Source of the DNA: a virus
IMG/VR virus record: IMGVR_UViG_3300044910_000225
Location: 3,698-67,697 of that record
Direction: 5' to 3' (one strand)
DNA: 64,000 bases
Part shown: positions 61,500 to 64,000 of the stretch, piece after piece
Layout of the letters: each line of letters begins with the position of its first letter
Numbering within the stretch: position 1 is the first letter of the stretch
Translations under genes and position numbers: made by a program
The notes under the pieces: model-generated
What the model was told of the DNA's origin: nothing
Seen by the model: the letters and a program-made list of their open reading frames with translations, nothing else
Database searches by the model: none

Positions 61500-62082
61500 A
61501 TTATTCCTTTATGATTTAGTGGTGGACAATGCATATATAGGTCTTCTATAGTCCCAGTGTCCTCTAATCAACCAACTCTATTGGCTCACTAAAGGTGATA
61601 TACTTCATTAAATATTTTGTGAAACATACTGCTCCCTGACTTTTCAGGGCTTGGCTACTACTACCAAGTCAAACATCTATACAGGTTTTAACACTTCTTA
61701 GGGTGCTGTAGTCATTAACTGTATTAGCAGTATACTTCATTAAATATTTAATGTGATATAGCGAATGACAGTGAAACATTCCTATATCGTGACTAAATCT
61801 TTAGACTTTTATTTAAAAGTTTATCACTGTAAGTTTTTTGATAGCTAATACCTCGTGCTATCAGCGAGGATAACAGTTGCAATCTCAACCAATTGAGACC
61901 ACTGCTATACGATTAAACACACATAGATTGGTTTGTGACAGTATCTTCTCTAGATGACTGTGGAGAGTACACTCCAATTTGCATTTAGTTGGGTCTCTGC
62001 TATAGTGTACTCCACACAACCATCCTAAGATGGTGGCTCTAATGATTAAAAATTAGTCACAACCCATATGAGGGTTTAATGA

Positions 62083-62340
62083 TTATTTTAGATCGTTGAT
62101 GCCTTGTTTTCTTAACCAGTGTTTGGCAGCATCTTCTTTTTTTTCATAGCAACTATCTTCTTTTGCTGAAATTCCATTAAGAAGGTATGTAATAATGGTA
62201 GCTGTTTTGATACTAGCATTAGTTATTGGATTTACTTGAGAACAGTCTATCTTTATTCCATTTATTCTTCTATGCTCAATAGAGCCACCATTTAGAATGA
62301 ATATTTCATCACCTATATTAAATTTAGTTTCTATTTTCAT
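62083..62340 (-). CDS. Hypothetical protein
   Basis: Start MKIETKFNIGD overlaps the thyX stop. Confidence 0.65.
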   Translation of the reverse strand: MKIETKFNIGDEIFILNGGSIEHRRINGIKIDCSQVNPITNASIKTATIITYLLNGISAKEDSCYEKKEDAAKHWLRKQGINDLK

Positions 62341-63098
62341 AACTCTTCCTTGAGATGGTCTGCAAATAGATATGTATGTTCTTCTGGCAATGCATCGTAA
62401 ATGGCATGTGCTAATTGACGAATCTCCCATAGAGCTGATTTATCGCTACGTAGAGATAGAAGATTCTGAAGGCTGCGAGCATTGATAGTGAGTTGTTCTT
62501 CTGTCTTGTAGGCTTCTGGAAGACAATACTTTGCAAGATCATTGCTTGTTCCAGATTGGATACATTGTCTAAGATTTTCAAGAGCACGGATACTCATAAG
62601 ATCTACTAGATCATTTCCAGTGAAAACAAGATATTTATGAGCTCTAGCTTTTTCATCTTTTTCAAAATATCCTTCTTCGTCAGTAAATGAATCTTCTTCT
62701 TTTAACTCTTTGAGAGTGTATCGTGTAGATTTTACGCTTGGTGATGTCATACGATGGCGACTAAGCTCTTGAAGCAGAGCACGACTAATGTCTGTGATAT
62801 AGAAACAATATGTTAAGTGTTCCAAAATCGAAGCATGCTTGAATTTATTGCCAACACGATCTAAGAGTTCTGCATCTTTAGGTCCACATTGTGGTTCAAG
62901 AATGTTTGCTGAAGTTGTTTTGCCGCATAATTTGCATTTTGAATAATAACATTTTTTATTTCCATTCCATTTGTTTTCAAGTTGATGGATGCAAGTATCT
63001 GATTTATCTCCTGAGTCCCAACAAGTACGAGCTCCATTTGCTCCGATCCAAAGTGGTGAATTATGTAACAATCGCACTTTACATTGTGGTTCTAACAT
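62337..63098 (-). CDS. thyX: Flavin-dependent thymidylate synthase
   Basis: HASILEH and RHRxxxxxxxS (RHRMTSPSVKS) motifs. Confidence 0.95.
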   Translation of the reverse strand: MLEPQCKVRLLHNSPLWIGANGARTCWDSGDKSDTCIHQLENKWNGNKKCYYSKCKLCGKTTSANILEPQCGPKDAELLDRVGNKFKHASILEHLTYCFYITDISRALLQELSRHRMTSPSVKSTRYTLKELKEEDSFTDEEGYFEKDEKARAHKYLVFTGNDLVDLMSIRALENLRQCIQSGTSNDLAKYCLPEAYKTEEQLTINARSLQNLLSLRSDKSALWEIRQLAHAIYDALPEEHTYLFADHLKEEL

Positions 63099-63128
63099 GG
63101 TTTATCCTTTAGTTTATTTTTCATATTG

Positions 63129-63389
63129 TTATTTCGTTTTCTCTGCAATACATATGTCGCCATATTGTTTGTCTAGTATTTTTATGTTACCTTCATAAGT
63201 AACTTCATATAGTTCGCCATCAATACATTCGATTGGGATTGCAGTTAGCCAAGACATATACTGTATTGCTGTAGATATTGTTAATATTGTTACTACTATT
63301 ACTACAAATATTACTACTTCGCTAGATAAGTCCTTACAAGTCATTTTGAGTCCTTTGTTGTAAGCATTGATATAACTGCTGCTATACAT
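63129..63389 (-). CDS. Small membrane protein
   Basis: One TM segment; true start probably MTCKDL. Confidence 0.55.
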   Translation of the reverse strand: MYSSSYINAYNKGLKMTCKDLSSEVVIFVVIVVTILTISTAIQYMSWLTAIPIECIDGELYEVTYEGNIKILDKQYGDICIAEKTK

Positions 63390-63428
63390 AATGCTGATGC
63401 TGATAGCAGTAGTATTGAGAATGATAGT

Positions 63429-63659
63429 TCAAGCATCTTTCACCTCAATCCAGCTTCCCATGATATCTTCAGGTGTAAACCATGCTGACATATTATCTTC
63501 ATTCAATAGTATAGAGTTTCCGTCAATTTTACCACAACCGATAAGATGATTGTTTTCTACTATAATCCAATAGTCGTCAGTATCATTAATAGGTCTCATC
63601 TTCTTCCCACCATAACGCATCAAATGTAATGCTCGTGAGAATGTGTATGTTTCAATCAT
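63429..63659 (-). CDS. Hypothetical protein
   Basis: Coupled ORF. Confidence 0.6.
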   Translation of the reverse strand: MIETYTFSRALHLMRYGGKKMRPINDTDDYWIIVENNHLIGCGKIDGNSILLNEDNMSAWFTPEDIMGSWIEVKDA

Positions 63660-63928
63660 TTTGAGTCCTTTGTTGCAAGCTCTAACTGCTTCTTTAAATC
63701 AGAATACATATCCCATAGTTTAGAGTATTGCAATTGTCCATTGTCATATTTTGGTTGAAATGCTTCGATGTGTGCTTCAAGCTCTGCAATGCGTAGGTTT
63801 AATAGTTCATATTGCTCTGAGGCATAAGACATAGTTTGCATAAATATCTCAGGCGATAGCTTGAAACCAGTTTTGAATATATATTCTACATCTTGCATTA
63901 ACTTGCTATAAAATTCATCTTGTGTCAT
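63656..63928 (-). CDS. Hypothetical protein
   Basis: Coupled ORF. Confidence 0.6.
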   Translation of the reverse strand: MTQDEFYSKLMQDVEYIFKTGFKLSPEIFMQTMSYASEQYELLNLRIAELEAHIEAFQPKYDNGQLQYSKLWDMYSDLKKQLELATKDSK

Positions 63929-64000
63929 TTCACAAATCCTTCTGGAAGCGTACCATCAAATGGAGCACAGTATTGCCAAGAACTATTCAAACTATCTATA

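Noticed and set aside
61599-61749. CRISPR mini-array from the 19-nt direct repeat
   Set aside because: Only two copies, 113 nt apart; better explained by a palindromic long stem.
1-64000. Stop-codon reassignment or prophage status
   Set aside because: Long genes read through under the standard code using all three stops; no suppressor tRNA, integrase, repressor or host flanks.

Overview
The window holds most of an N4-like (Schitoviridae-type) lytic podophage genome, apparently circularly permuted, with the likely terminus region at about 2.3-2.7 kb. The plus strand (2.7-36.7 kb) carries the late module: terminase, three tailspikes, lysis genes, portal, major capsid, ejection proteins and a 2657-aa virion RNA polymerase. 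The minus strand carries early and middle genes: a T7-type RNAP running off the left edge, NrdA, NrdB with a group I intron, SSB, primase, PolA, an SF1 helicase, ThyX, MoxR AAA+ and two tRNAs. ThyX sequence, TGnTATAAT promoters and AAGGA RBSs suggest a Campylobacterota host (inference). The best candidate for a novel system is a translationally coupled acyl carrier protein + minimal ketosynthase + GNAT-like cassette inside the virion morphogenesis operon, directly before the ejection proteins, suggesting phage-directed acylation of virion proteins. Other notable items: HNH cassettes that insert into genes and supply synonymously recoded replacement gene ends; a helicase Walker A interrupted by GCT-TA-GCT that looks like a ribosomal hop site; an unsplit, shortened middle RNAP; paired GTA-triloop hairpin promoters; a ColE1 pas-like element; and clusters of structured non-coding RNA. 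All family assignments come from motif reading, not database searches.
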